Below, one piece after another: positions 13,018-25,368 of a stretch of DNA of 64,000 nt. The position numbers and the translations under genes are program-made. Numbering within the stretch: the stretch's first letter is position 1; every line of letters starts with the position of its first letter. Below the pieces are notes generated by a model. It saw only the letters and a program-made list of their open reading frames with translations. It made no database searches and was not told the DNA's origin. This DNA comes from Squalus acanthias (lineage: Eukaryota). The stretch lies in assembly GCA_030390025.1 (NCBI GenBank), contig CM059433.1, forward strand, positions 13,704,001 through 13,768,000, read 5' to 3'.

Positions 13018-13825
13018 CTAAATAGTCTTCATAGTACAAGGAAAATGGTGAGTTACACAGTAGAATCCTCTGATACATCATTAAGCAATGTGGTGACTAT
13101 ATTTATGATTTATTGATTTATTATACCAATAGCTCTGCTTCTTGAAATTTCACACACTGCAATACCTTTTCAGCATTGTAGGTATTTAAGGGTCAGCATG
13201 ATTGTAACTGAGTTGATGGTTATGGCATTATTTAAATGTTCTCATTCATTCTCACTACTTAACATTTCTTCGACAGCTCCAACCTCAGGAAAGTAAACTT
13301 AGCAATTCCATCAGCGTGTCATTTTTCTATTTTCCACACTAACCACCCTGCAGCCTTTCTGAGTGAGGGTCGGCTTTGTAATGTGGGCCATGTCTACTGG
13401 AAGTGAATTGAGATTTTTTTTTGTGGTATTTCCTTATGTTTACCTGTGGGTTTTGTGCTGATTAAAGTGTTGATGAGGGTTTTTACACTCAGTTTTATGA
13501 TCTAGCATTCCCTCGGGCACCAGCATGAAGGCTTCAATTTTACACATGAGCCCCCTAGCCTATCTGAATGAGAACACCAATGGCAGTTTTATTCTTGAGC
13601 TCCTGAGACAGTATCAAAAGTAGCATTGCATTGGTATCCTAGCATTGTAGTATGGATACAGAATAAGTGCTTTTAAAAAATTCATTCTCAGGATGTGGCC
13701 AAGGCTGATATTAATTGCCCCTACCTAGTTGCCCTGAGAAGGTGATGGTGGGCCTTCTTCTTGAACTTGCAATAGCAGTTTGATTCAACTGAACGGCTTG
13801 CTAGGCCACTTCAGAGGACAATTAT

Positions 13826-14446
13826 GGGGGGAATTTTGCCAGCCCGGGGGAGGGGGTTATGGAGTTAACAGGCAGTTAAGAGGCTTATCCCCATATTACC
13901 CACACAAGCGCGGGCTTCCCGACGGCTGCAAACCTCGCCAGGGTCAGCGAGGCGAGCAGTGGGTCTGCGGGGGTGAGAGGGATCGAAACATCCGCTGTGG
14001 AGGTGAGTGATGGGTGCAAGTGTGGAGAGGTAAGTATGAGAGGTGAGTGTAAAGTGTTAGAAAAAGTTTACTTACCTTTGCTTCTTCCTGCAGGCTTCAA
14101 CCCTTGGGGATCTGGAGGTGCCTCATCTCAATGGCAGAGATGACAGAATGGCTGCTGCATTCTCAGATGCAGCAGCCATCTGATTTCTGCAGAGGAAAGA
14201 GGTTTTGGTGAATCTTTGTGCAAGGGCTCGCCATAGAACAGAGATTGTTCGTGTTTAACAGCTTCTCAAAGCTGTCAAACGCTGACAATTCATCTGTCAA
14301 AAATTTTTGACAGATGAAACATCATACGCTGACGTCTTCTGTCACCGGCTTTCCCTTAATTGGCCGGCTAAGCCCGCAGGCCGGGCTTAACAAGGTCAAT
14401 CAAGAGAAAATAGCGTGAGTTGGCCGGACGTCGTTGGGGGCGGGAC
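13826..14446. mobile_element. Family D Harbinger-type MITE, truncated, inserted in a SINE
   Basis: Reverse-complement similarity to 18110-18880. One terminus is GGGGGAATTTTGCCAGCC; the other is lost. Confidence 0.7.
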
Positions 14447-15519
14447 TGTTTGCTGCCCTAAAGGACATTCGTGGACCAGTTGGATTTTTACGACAATCTG
14501 ACAGCTTCATGGTCACTTTTACTGAGACCAGTTTTTTATATTCAAATTTTTTTAACTGAATTTATATTCTCAAACTGCCATGATGGGATTTGAACATCAA
14601 TTTCCATTAATTAATGATTTTATAGATGTCATTTTTAGGGTGGGTTTTCACTTTTCTGGGAATGGAGCAGGAAAAAGAATCTAATACCTCGTAATGCTTT
14701 GTTGATGCTCTTATTATACTAATATTGTTCTGGTTGTGTAGGATATAACTATCTGGTACTATAATGGTGACAGGTATGTCAGTCTTTATGGATAAGATTC
14801 ATTATCACATTGCTGTTTGTGGGAGCTTGATGTGCGCAAATTGGCTGCCGTGTTTCCTACATTACAACAGTGACTACACTCCAAAAAGTACATCATTGGC
14901 TGTAAAGTGCTTTGGGGCTCCTGAGGTCGTGAGAGGCGCCGCATAAATGCAAGTCTTTCTTTTTTTTTATTGGCAGGAGCAACAGAATGTTAGTGCTTTA
15001 AGTGCAAGTATAATAAGTAACAGTGTCTGCGGATCCTTAGAGAGCAGGGCCATGAAACCCATTTACAGCAGCTTTACTTGTTTGTAGTGAAATGCACTGT
15101 TCATTTCTACATCATGGCAAATGTAGGAAATACTGCAATTGAGTTCCTGTAATGATACCACCAGCAAAATCAAGTTATAGTTTAAAGAGCACAAAGTGTG
15201 GGTTGAGATCGTACTGTGTGATATTTACATGTAAATGCTGACGTATTCGCATGAAGTTTCTTTGCTTGCTATTTTAACAGTCAGTATCTCCATAAAAATA
15301 ATGGGGACAAGGAATTGCGTATGAACACGTTGAGATCTTACGCTAATATTGTACAGCGTGATTTCACCGCACCATTGTTTTGGGTGTACAAGTTCACTCA
15401 TGCATGATTATGTGTGTTCAAAATGTAGGAGTGACTCATAAAGTAGCACTGGGCTTGAACTGAAACAGCTAAAGTAAGTTAGGAGTGAGCATGTATGTAA
15501 GCAAATATGTGAAATGAGT

Positions 15520-17935
15520 AAAGGATATAGAATAATAATCATGGGGAATTTTAACTGCCAGAAATAAACTGGCAAGTAGAGGCATCAAAAGGGGTTCAGA
15601 GAATAGAGTTTTTACAAAGTCCAACAAGAAAGGGAGGATCTAATAATGGGAAATGAACCAGAATAGATAAGAGAAGTAAGTGTAAGGGAATATCTAGGCA
15701 ATAGCGAGCACAACATGATAGGTTTAAGATAAAGATTGAGAAGGACATAATTAAGACAACGATAAATAGGAAAAAAAGTTGATTTTAAGGGGGTGAGAAT
15801 GGATCTAACAAAAAAAAACTGGAATAATTTACAGACAAACAAAAAAATAGAACAGTAGTGAGAAACATTTAAAACGGTGATCAACAGAGTCCTACTGGAA
15901 TGATAAGTATATCCTACTAAAAAAACAGGAACAAACTAGCCAGTAGTGGTACACCATGGAAGAATAAAGAAATAAGGGCAACATTGAAACTAAAGAAAAA
16001 GGCATAAACTAAATACATAGACAGCAAAGGAGAGGATGACAAAAGGGAATACAAAAAGATTAGGAAAGAAGTTAAAAAAAAGCAATTAGGAAGGCAAAGA
16101 GAAACTACAAAATTAAATTATCAAGGAATATAAAAAGAAATAGTAAAGTATTCTACAGACACATAAATAACACAAGAAAATTCAGGATAGGGATAGGGCC
16201 ACTAAGGGATACACACAATAAACTCACAGGTAATGACAGTGAAATGGTAGAAATATTAAATAATTACTTTGCCTCAGTATTTACCAGGGAGACTAACATG
16301 GTGGGCATGACATTAGAAGACGAGATCAGAAAGGATTTAAGATAGAAAGGGGGGAGATAATTGATGAACTAATCAAACTTAGAGAGGATAAAAGCCCTGG
16401 TCCCAATGGATTGCATCCGCGCATATTAAAAGAAGTTAGGGAAGAGTTAGCAGAGGCACTATTACATATATATAAAAATTCATTAGAAAAGGGAATAGTG
16501 CCAGAAGACTGGCAGACAGTTAATGTGAATTCTATATATAAAAATGGAGATAGAACAAGCCCAGGGAACTATAGACCAATTAGCTTAACATCGGTGATAA
16601 GAAAGATAATGGAATCTTTAATCAAAGATGTCATAGAAAACATCTAGAAACTGAAAAAATAATAAAGAGTAGTCAGCACGGATTCCAAAAGGGAAGGTCA
16701 TGCTTGAACAACCCTATTGAATTCTTTTGAAGAAGTAACAGAAAGGGTAGATAAGGGTAGTTAAGTAGACATAATATATGTGGATTTCTAAAAGCCTTTA
16801 ATAAGGTACTGCATATAAGACTTGTGACTAAGGTCAGAACATGTGGAGTCAGAGGGCAAGTAGCAGAATGGCTAGCAAGCTGGCTACAAAACAGAAAACC
16901 AAGAGTAGGGGTTAAAGGCAGTTACTCAGATTGGCAAATGGTGGGAAGTACAGGGATCAGTGCTGGGACCACTGTTCTTCACCATATACATAAACGGTTT
17001 GAACTCATGAATCAGAAGCAGAATTTCAAAATTTGCGGCTGACTCTAAATTGGCAGGTATGGTTAATATAGGGGAGGACTGCAACAAAATACAGGAAGAC
17101 ATTAATTAACCTGCAGAATGGGCATGTAATTGGCAAATGAACTTCAATCTGAGGTGGTACATTTTGGTAGGAAGAATAAGGAGGCCGCATACTCCTTGGA
17201 AAATAAGTGTCTAAATGGGGTAGAGGAACAGAGGGATTGGGGGTACAGATACACAAATCACTAAAAGTAGCGTCACAGGTTAATTAGGCCATAAAGAAAG
17301 CAAACAAAGCACTGGGGTTAGTTTCTAGAGGGATAGAATTGAAAAGCAGAAAAGTAATGTTAAACGTATAGAACCCTGGTTAGACCTCCCTGGGAGTACT
17401 GTGAAGAGTTCTGGACTCCATATTATAAAAAGTATATAGAGGCACTGGAGAAGGTACAAAAACATTTACTAGAATGATACCAGAAATGCGAGGTTATACC
17501 TATCAGGAAAGATTGAACAGGCTGGGGCTCTTTTCTCTAGAAAAGAGAAGACTGAGGGTGACCTGATAGAGGTCTTTGAGGTTCTGAAAGGGTTTGATAG
17601 GGTAGACATAGAGAAGATGTTTTCCCTTGTGGGGGAGACCAGAACTAGGGGCCATATATATAAGATAGTTACTAATAAATCCAATAGGGAATTCAGGAGA
17701 AACTTCTTTACCCAGAGAGTGGTTAGAATGTGGAACTCGCTACCACAGGGAGTAGTTGAAGCGAATGGCATAGATGCATTTAAGGGGAAGTTAGATAAGC
17801 ACGTGAGGGAGAAAGGAATCGAAGGATATGTTGATAGGCTTAGATGAAATGGGATGGGAGGAGGCTCATGTGGAACATAAACACCAGCATGAATCCGTTG
17901 GGCCAAATAGTTTGTTTCTGTGCTATAAATACTTC
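15520..17935 (+). mobile_element. Decayed CR1 LINE ORF2 and 3' end
   Basis: Fragments HPRILKE...GNYRPISLTSV, GSVLGP and NFFTQRVVRMWNSLP. Confidence 0.88.
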
Positions 17936-18053
17936 AAAATACTTTGTAATGACCAATAACCATTATTACATATAATTCTCATATTGTCCAGCAGTGTCAG
18001 GGAAAAAACGAGACACCTTCTGACAATATGAGCTTACCAAGACCACAAACAAA

Positions 18054-18883
18054 GGGCTGGATTTTGTCAATGGAGACGTGCTAGAGGCGGGACTTCTGGT
18101 TTCTGGGTTTCAGTCCCGCCCCCAGCGACATCTGACCAACCCATGCTATTTTCCCTTGATTGGCCTTGTTAAGCCCGCCCTTACCGACCAATTAAGGGAA
18201 AGCTGACGACAGATGACGTCAGCGTATGACGCTTCATCTGTCGAAACATTTTTGACAGATGAATTGTCAGCGTTTGACAGCTTTCAGAAGCTGTCATACA
18301 CTGACATTCTCTGTTCTAAGGTGAGCCTTTGCACAAAGGCTCACCAAGACCTCTCTCCTCAGCAGAAAGCAGATGGCTGCTGCATCTGAGAATGCAGCAG
18401 CCATTCTGTCATCTCTGCCGTTGAGGGGGATGAGGCACCTCCGGATCCTCAACGGTTGAAGCCTGCAGAAAGAAGCAAAGGTAAGGAAACTTTTTCCAAC
18501 ACTTTACACTCACCTCTCATACTTACCTGTCCACACTTGCACCCATCACTCACCTCTACAGCTGACATTTCGACCTCTCTCACCCCCGCAGATCCAGTGC
18601 TCACCTCGCTGACCCTGGCGAGGTTCGCAGCCGTCGGGAAGCCCACAATTGCAGGCGTAAAATGGGGAAAAACCTCAAAACTGCCCGTTAACTACCTGTT
18701 AACAGGCAGTTCATTGGCTCTAATCCCTTTCCCGCCTCGAGGAGACGGGTCCCTGCGCGACTTCCCGGGAAGATGGCACGGAGGCGGGTTGGGAGCGGGG
18801 TCAGTAGCCGCTCCCAGTTTCTGCCATTTTCCCGGCAGTCCCGCCTCCAAACCCGCCTCCTCAGGGCTGGCAAAATCCAGCCC
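18054..18883. mobile_element. PIF/Harbinger-type MITE, family D
   Basis: TIR GGGCTGGATTTTG/CAAAATCCAGCCC and TSD AAA. Inverted homologs at ~13826-14446 and ~22450-23126. Confidence 0.85.
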
Positions 18884-19735
18884 AAAGTGTTCGCCATAAA
18901 CTACGAACAAGATGATTTGAGACATAGTTTGTTTCTGTTTGGCATCATGCTTTAAAACATAATAATGTGTTCAGGATCACTGCTCAGAGCATTATAGTAA
19001 AGATAGTAATCTGCTAATAGTAGCTTCTTTTCCTCGCATGCATTACTGGCAGAGCTGAGAATGTGAAAGGGATTTATGAAATTAACAACATGGGTGTAGA
19101 ATGTGCAGTGGGTTCCTATTTAATATTAACATGTATTTCTGGTTCCTGGATACCTATTCTCAATCAAATTAGAAATACTAGACTCGCTCATTCAACTGGT
19201 TGGACATGTCAATGATGAGGAATCTAATTTGGTTCATTATGCATTTATTCATATAATGTTGCTACATTAGCGATAAATGAGTGAGTGATTGAGATTCTTA
19301 GCAAAGGGCTTGATCACTAGTGCATTTTGACCCAGTTGTTACTCTGCCCTGTCGACATAGAAGCAAGTACACCAATTAAAATTCAACAGCTGAAAAAAGT
19401 AGTTTCAACATTAATGAGCTGAAAAAAATCAATATGATACAATATTTAAATACCCCATGGCTAACAAATGAGAGGATATTTATATAACTCGTGGGCCTAA
19501 CCAAACATAACAACCTCTTATTTTATATCCAGTAAATAATGGAAAACCAAATGTTATTCCATCTAGATAGATACCAGTGCAAAACGAAAATCAATATACA
19601 AAGAGACACTATTAAGTGATTTCACCTAATTGTCTTGGCATTAAACATCCGACAAAAGTAAATTGTTGCATTCATGTTTTGTTTTAGCTTTTCTTGCCAA
19701 ACTTTCCTTCCTTTCCCTTCTCTCCTGAAGGCACT

Positions 19736-20712
19736 GGGATAGAAATTGGTCCTCGGATGATTTTTAAGCGTCCCGGGTGGCTTCTTTAAACAGGCGTTTG
19801 GCCCCTTGCATCTGCTACTGAGGAGACTAACACCTGTTTAAGCACCCTTCCAGCACAATGTGTCAGTGCTGAGTGAAGCAGGCTGTTCCACTCAAGTTTT
19901 AGTGGAGTTGCTGCATATGACCAAGCATTTTTTATCCTTACCTTCCTGTGCGATCGGGAGGCGCAGAAATGCTGCTCCTGGCTCCACAGCACTCCTGAGG
20001 GTCACTGCTGGCTCGTGATTGCCCTCCTCCCATTCTTCTTAACCCCCCCCCCACCACCACAGCCCCCACTTCCCCAGGACTAATACACAAACTAGGGTTG
20101 TATTCCCAGGAATTTAGAAGGTTAAGGGGTGATCTGATCGAAGCTTTCAAGATATTAAGGGGAACTGATAGGGTAGATAGAGAGAAACTATTTCTGCTGG
20201 TTGGGGAGTCTAGGACTAGGGAATATAGCCTAAAAATTAGAGCCAGATCTTTCAGGAGTGAAGTTCAGAAACACACAAAGGGCGGTAGAAGTTTGGAACT
20301 CTTTCGCAAATGGCAGTTGATGCTAGGTCAATTGTTAATTTTAAATCGGAGATTGATAGATTTTTGTTAACCAAAGGTATTGAGGGATATGGGCCAAAGT
20401 TAGGTCATAGATCAGCCATGATCTCATTGAATGGTGGAGCAGGCTCGAGAGGCTAAGTGGCCTCCTCCTTTTCCTATGTTCCTCTGATTTACCCGAGAGC
20501 TGTTGCCGGTGAGGCAGGCGACCCCAATTGGATGCTGCAATCGGAGGAGCTGCCTCTGAAGGTGCGACAGGCATGGGCAGCTCACCTTTATTATTAAAAT
20601 GATGCCCGAGGCCCAATTTCAGGTGAACCTCGATCCTTCTGCTTCTGGCACGCGCTTGCAGCACGTTGCTTGTTTTGGGCCTGAAAATGGACCCATTTCA
20701 ATTTCTACCCCC
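19736..20712. mobile_element. Harbinger-type MITE carrying a CR1 3' fragment (~20085-20485)
   Basis: TIR GGGATAGAAATTG/CAATTTCTACCCC and (C)ACT duplication. The empty host site CCTGAAGGCACTGACTC is visible in another repeat copy at ~2454-2470. Confidence 0.75.
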
Positions 20713-21325
20713 ACTGACTCACGCTGAAGTATAGTTTTCATGGCCAGTCGCCCTCCAGCACTTTGCCTAAAAGCCCATTACTCATGCATTAACCTTTACA
20801 GTGAATGTGGATCATCCATTTTACCATGGGGGCATCACAATCTTCTCCTTATCTGTGATGTCCATGCACGTGCACATCCAGCAGGGGTCATTGTACGGTG
20901 TCCAGGGGCAGGAGCCGTGACTGACGTTCCCCTTCCTAACCCAGAGGTGCAGAGGCCTCTTGTAGCACTCCTACTGCCACCCCCCAGCTGAGTTCAGTTA
21001 GCTCAGAAAAGAACTTGGGACCTTTCTGGTCTGTATGGCTCAGTCACTTGGCTGAACCAGCAAGAGAATTTACTCACATTTATATGAAAAAAAATTTAAC
21101 TTGACTTTGGATCTTTCCAAATTATACAAACATTTATTTCTTTTATGTCAGATAAAAAAATACTCTTCAAATCTCTGCTCCTAGAAACCCCAAAAGCATA
21201 TAGTTAAAAATATTCTGTAAAAAAATTAACATTCGTCGTAATTTTCAGTACGTGAATGATCTCAGAGACTCTATCAAAGTTTTATTTGAAAGAAGTACAT
21301 TGAAGTAATAAACTTAAAATCTTAC

Positions 21326-21419
21326 CTGTCATAACCATTTCACCTTCCTTATTAAAAGGGAGCAGTAATCCGACACAAAGGGCCATGACTACAATCCCCA
21401 GAATGGTCATTAATCTCAT
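21326..21419 (-). CDS. tpo: Thyroid peroxidase, first coding exon (signal peptide)
   Basis: ATG at 21419 gives MRLMTILGIVVMALCVGLLLPFNKEGEMVMT+G (94 nt) with a hydrophobic signal peptide, then donor GTAAG at 21325. Phase 1 joins the 13017 exon. A possible acceptor (pyrimidine tract plus TTAG) sits at 21441-21444. Confidence 0.85.
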
Positions 21420-21439
21420 TTTTGAAGGACGAGGTCAAA

Positions 21440-21760
21440 CCTAAGTCGTGTGGAGAATAAACAAAGTAACACAACCTGCGAATATCTGAAATGAGTCATC
21501 TAATGAGATGGAACAGATTAAGGGCAGCCCGATGACCTTTATTAACATGGTCACGCTGACGCTGGAGGCAGGACGACGAACGCAGCTCTGATGATGTTCT
21601 TCTCTGCTGATCGATAAAGTCACTGACTTGTCATATTTGACAATAGAAAAGTGGCAAGCCTCAAGTGAGATTCCAGGTTAGAATTATTGCGCCCACACAG
21701 GGCGGTAGATATGTTGAATGGACTCCCATCAAGTTTATTTAATCCTGAGTTGACTCATTT
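21440..21760 (-). promoter_or_regulatory. Candidate tpo proximal promoter / 5' regulatory region
   Basis: Non-repetitive block just upstream of the ATG. It has a TATA-like TTAATAAA (minus, 21538-21545), Pax2/5/8-like GTCACGCTGA (21550-21559), NKX2-1-type TCAAGTG (21661-21667), forkhead-like ATAAACA (21457-21463) and AP-1 motifs at 21492 and 21751. These are motif matches only. Confidence 0.35.
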
Positions 21761-22449
21761 TTACATAATTAATTAAGGGGGGGGGAGAGAACTCACATGC
21801 ATTTTGGATGCACATTACTGCAGTAGGAGTTTAAGTATCCGTGGTCATGCCAATTTCTTCCATTTTTGGCTGTTAGTTCTGAAGTTAGGGCGAGTAGTTA
21901 GCAGCATAAGTACCTTTGTAATGATGAGATTTATGTTCCTGCAATGTCACTCCACCTCTCCGGCCCAGAAAGGGAACAATTGAAACTATGGACTCTCATT
22001 CCTACAGGTAGTAAATTGTTGTTAGAAATTTTTAAAATATAAAATTTAATTTTTTTTCTTACTTTTCCTTTCTGTCTCTTTTTTTTCTCTCTCTCTCTTA
22101 ATCCAATCTTTCTTTGCCTCTCTTTTTTATTTCTCTTTGTGTACCTGATTTGACTCTAATTCACCCACCTTCTCCGTCGTTCCGCTGTTTCTTTCTCAAT
22201 TCTTAAATCTCAGTGGTTAGGGAGATAGACTGTTGGTCCCGGTGTCCATCAAGGTCCCAGATGCCCCGCTGCCCTTGCTGCACCGTTATCAGCTCACACT
22301 TCCAGCAGCTTGCGGTGCAAATAATTTTTGAGCTGAAGGGTGAGGGAAAAGTCTAAATAACAGGGCACGTCGCATGATGCCCCACTCCAGCAAATTGCAA
22401 TTGCCAATGGTTTGTACAATAGTTTCATTCTGGGGCAACTGAAACCTAT

Positions 22450-23126
22450 CGGGGAAATAGAGCACTGCACTTAGAGTAACAGGTAGTTAACAGGCAGAAA
22501 AAAGGATTAGTCCCATTTTACCTTTTCAAGTGCAGGCTTCCCGACCTCAGAGAACCCCGCCAGGGTGGAGGAGATGTGAAGGAGGTCTGTGGGGGTCGGA
22601 GGGGTCTGAAAGTGAGATGTAGAGGTGAGTGATGGGTGCAAGTGTGGAGTGATAAATATGTAAGGTGAGTGCTAAGTGTTATAAAATGTTCACTTACCTT
22701 TGTTTCTGCCTACAGCCTTTAGCCGCGGTAGATCCGGAGTCCCGACATCTTCATTGTAGATTTCACAGACTGGCTGTTGGATCCTCCGAACCAACAGCCA
22801 GGTGATTTCTGCAAAGTTGAAAGGTTTGATGAGTCCTAAACACAAGGACTCATGAAACTACACAGAATGTCAGTGTTTGACAGCTTCACAGAGCTGTCAA
22901 ACGCTGACATTTCTTCTTTCAAGAAATCTTGACATATGGCACATCAGACGTTGATGTGCTCTGTCAGTGACTTCCCCTAATTGGCCTGCTGAGCCCGCTG
23001 GGCGGGCTTAACAAGGTCAATCAGGGGAAAATCCTGCTGGTTGGCCAGAGGCTGATGGAGGCGGGACATAGACCCGGCAAGCAGCAGTCCCGCCTCCAAC
23101 ACGTCTCCATTCATAAAATCCAGCCC
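22450..23126. mobile_element. Family D-related Harbinger-type MITE, partial
   Basis: Ends in AAAATCCAGCCC. The interior resembles 13870-14440. Confidence 0.65.
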
Positions 23127-23127
23127 A

Positions 23128-23520
23128 TAGAGTCATAACGGCACAGAAGGAGGCCATTCGGCCCATCGAGTCCTTGCCGGCTCTCTGTAGAGCAATCCAG
23201 TCAGTTCCATTCCCCCGCTCTATCCCTGTAGCCCTGCAAATTTATTTCCCTCAAGTGCCTATCCAGTCTCCCCTTGAAAACATTGAGTATCTCCGCTTCC
23301 ACCACTTCCGTCGGCAGCGAGTTCCAGGTCCTCACCACTTGCTGCGTAAAAACGCTTTTCCATCACATCCCCCCTGTATCTCTTGCCCAAAAGCTTAAAT
23401 CTGTGTCCCCTAGTCCTTGTACCATCAACTAGTGGGAACAGCCTTGCCCCGTCTAGCCTATCCAAACCCGTCATAATCTTGTACACCTCTATCAAATCAC
23501 CCCTCAACCTCGTTTGCTCT
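23128..23520 (-). mobile_element. CR1 LINE 3' fragment
   Basis: ORF 23259-23507 RGDLIEVYKI...TRGH. Confidence 0.85.
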
Positions 23521-23588
23521 AATGATCTTGCTGATGTCCACTCACTTTCACTTTTGTCTTCTCACTAATGGCAAAGAGCTTCAGAGTG

Positions 23589-24623
23589 GCTTTTCCATGT
23601 CTAGAGCTCCCGAGAGATCAATTATTCACGTTCACAAAACAACAATCCTCAAACGACATGGAAACAAGCTCAGTACCAAAACAGAATCTCATCTCCAGCA
23701 TATTAGTGTACAGAGGACATGTTGACTGGCTTTTCTTTTCACCACATCAGTAGGTTCAAGAAATCAGTCGTTAAAAATAGATTTTTACACTTAAAAGATT
23801 TTTTTTAGCATTTTAAATTTGATTGCGTCTTTAAAATTCTACCTGTCCCATTACAGTCTACACCTGATAATTCAAAGTCATTTGTTGCACTAAAAAAATT
23901 GAAATATCCAATAATTTTAACTGATGAGTAGCAAAAGTAGGAATTTAGTGTAAAAAAGGTTTAATTAGCTATAAGATAATTTGAATTAAGCAACTTCAAA
24001 TTAATAGCAGTAGGACTTAACTACAAATAAGAATTTTGAGTAAAATATTAAGCTTTCAATAACAAAATAAAGCGTGTTAATATTATTAAACATTTTAAAC
24101 AATAGAATCTATTAAAGACAAAACATAAACTTCGATCCCAAGCGGATTAATCACCAGAGTAACACTAACCAGATTGCGTTTCAATGTTTCTCCTTTATGA
24201 CTTTGATTTCTTTGGCGTTCACTGAAGCTGTGGCTCTCTCAAATTTAAGAGAGATATTTTTTGATTTGTCCTTTCTTTCTTGCCTTTGAATGTCTTGACT
24301 CTTTAAACATCTTCATGCTCTGTTAGCCGAGCTTTTCAGAAAGTATTGTCAAAGTGTCGTGAGTGCTCACACAGACCCATCAAACCAGAGTCGGAATCAG
24401 ACTTCTTGTTGTTATTGACGTCAAGAAAGAGCAGTGTAGTCAAAGTTACCAGCTTAAAAAATATAATCGTGGTTGAAAGGTTTTTTTGTACTTTGTAGTT
24501 GTGCATAAATTTCTAACTTTTTAAATTGACCGATTCGACTGGTTTGAGTAGAAGTAGTTTTTTTTTAAGGAGATGAGATTCTGTTTTGGTACTGAGCCTG
24601 TTTCCATGTCGTTTGAGGATTGT
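23589..24623. mobile_element. Unclassified ~1-kb insertion bounded by 55-bp inverted repeats, within an L2 remnant
   Basis: 23642-23696 is the reverse complement of 24569-24623 with one mismatch. The interior is AT-rich. L2-like sequence lies on both sides. Confidence 0.55.
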
Positions 24624-25368
24624 GCTCCTGATTCACAAACCAGTTCGATCATCTATACCCAGGTCTGCCTCAAACACCCGAAAATATATCACCTCTCCAT
24701 CTGTACAGACAAATCATTCTACTCCAGATCTTACTGGAGATTGAGGCAATATTCCAAACTTCTCATCATCACTACACGCTTTCAACTTCGAGCTCTGGTT
24801 CTTAGTTTTTCCTTCAAGCTCCATTCCCTAATCCCTCCATTTTCACTTCCGATGCCAGTTTTGATGAAGAGTTTCTGGATTTCATTGTATCCAAAATTGA
24901 AGCTATCTGCTCAGCTGTCTTTCATTATATGTTAGATAGTTGTCGGACAAGCTTTTCTCAAATTGTAAATCAGTATCAGTGAAAGCACAATGCATTTAAA
25001 CATACAGCATATGAAGTGTTAATATCCCGAGTGATGTTTTATTATATGTAATGAGCACTATAAAGAAAAGAAAGAAAGACTTGCATTTATATAATGCGTT
25101 TCATGATCTCAGGACGTCCCAAAGTGCTTTACAGCCAATTAATTATTTTTGAAGTGTAATCACTTTTGTAACGGCAGCCAATTTGCGCACAGCAAGGCCC
25201 ACAAACAGTAACGAGATAATGACCAGATAATCTATTTTAGTGATGTTGGTTGAGGGATAAGTCTGGGCCAGGAGACCGGGGAGAACTCCCCTGTTCCTCT
25301 TCAAATAGTGCCACGGGATCTTCTACATTCACCTGAGAGGGCAGGCGGGGCCTCGGTTTAACATCTCA

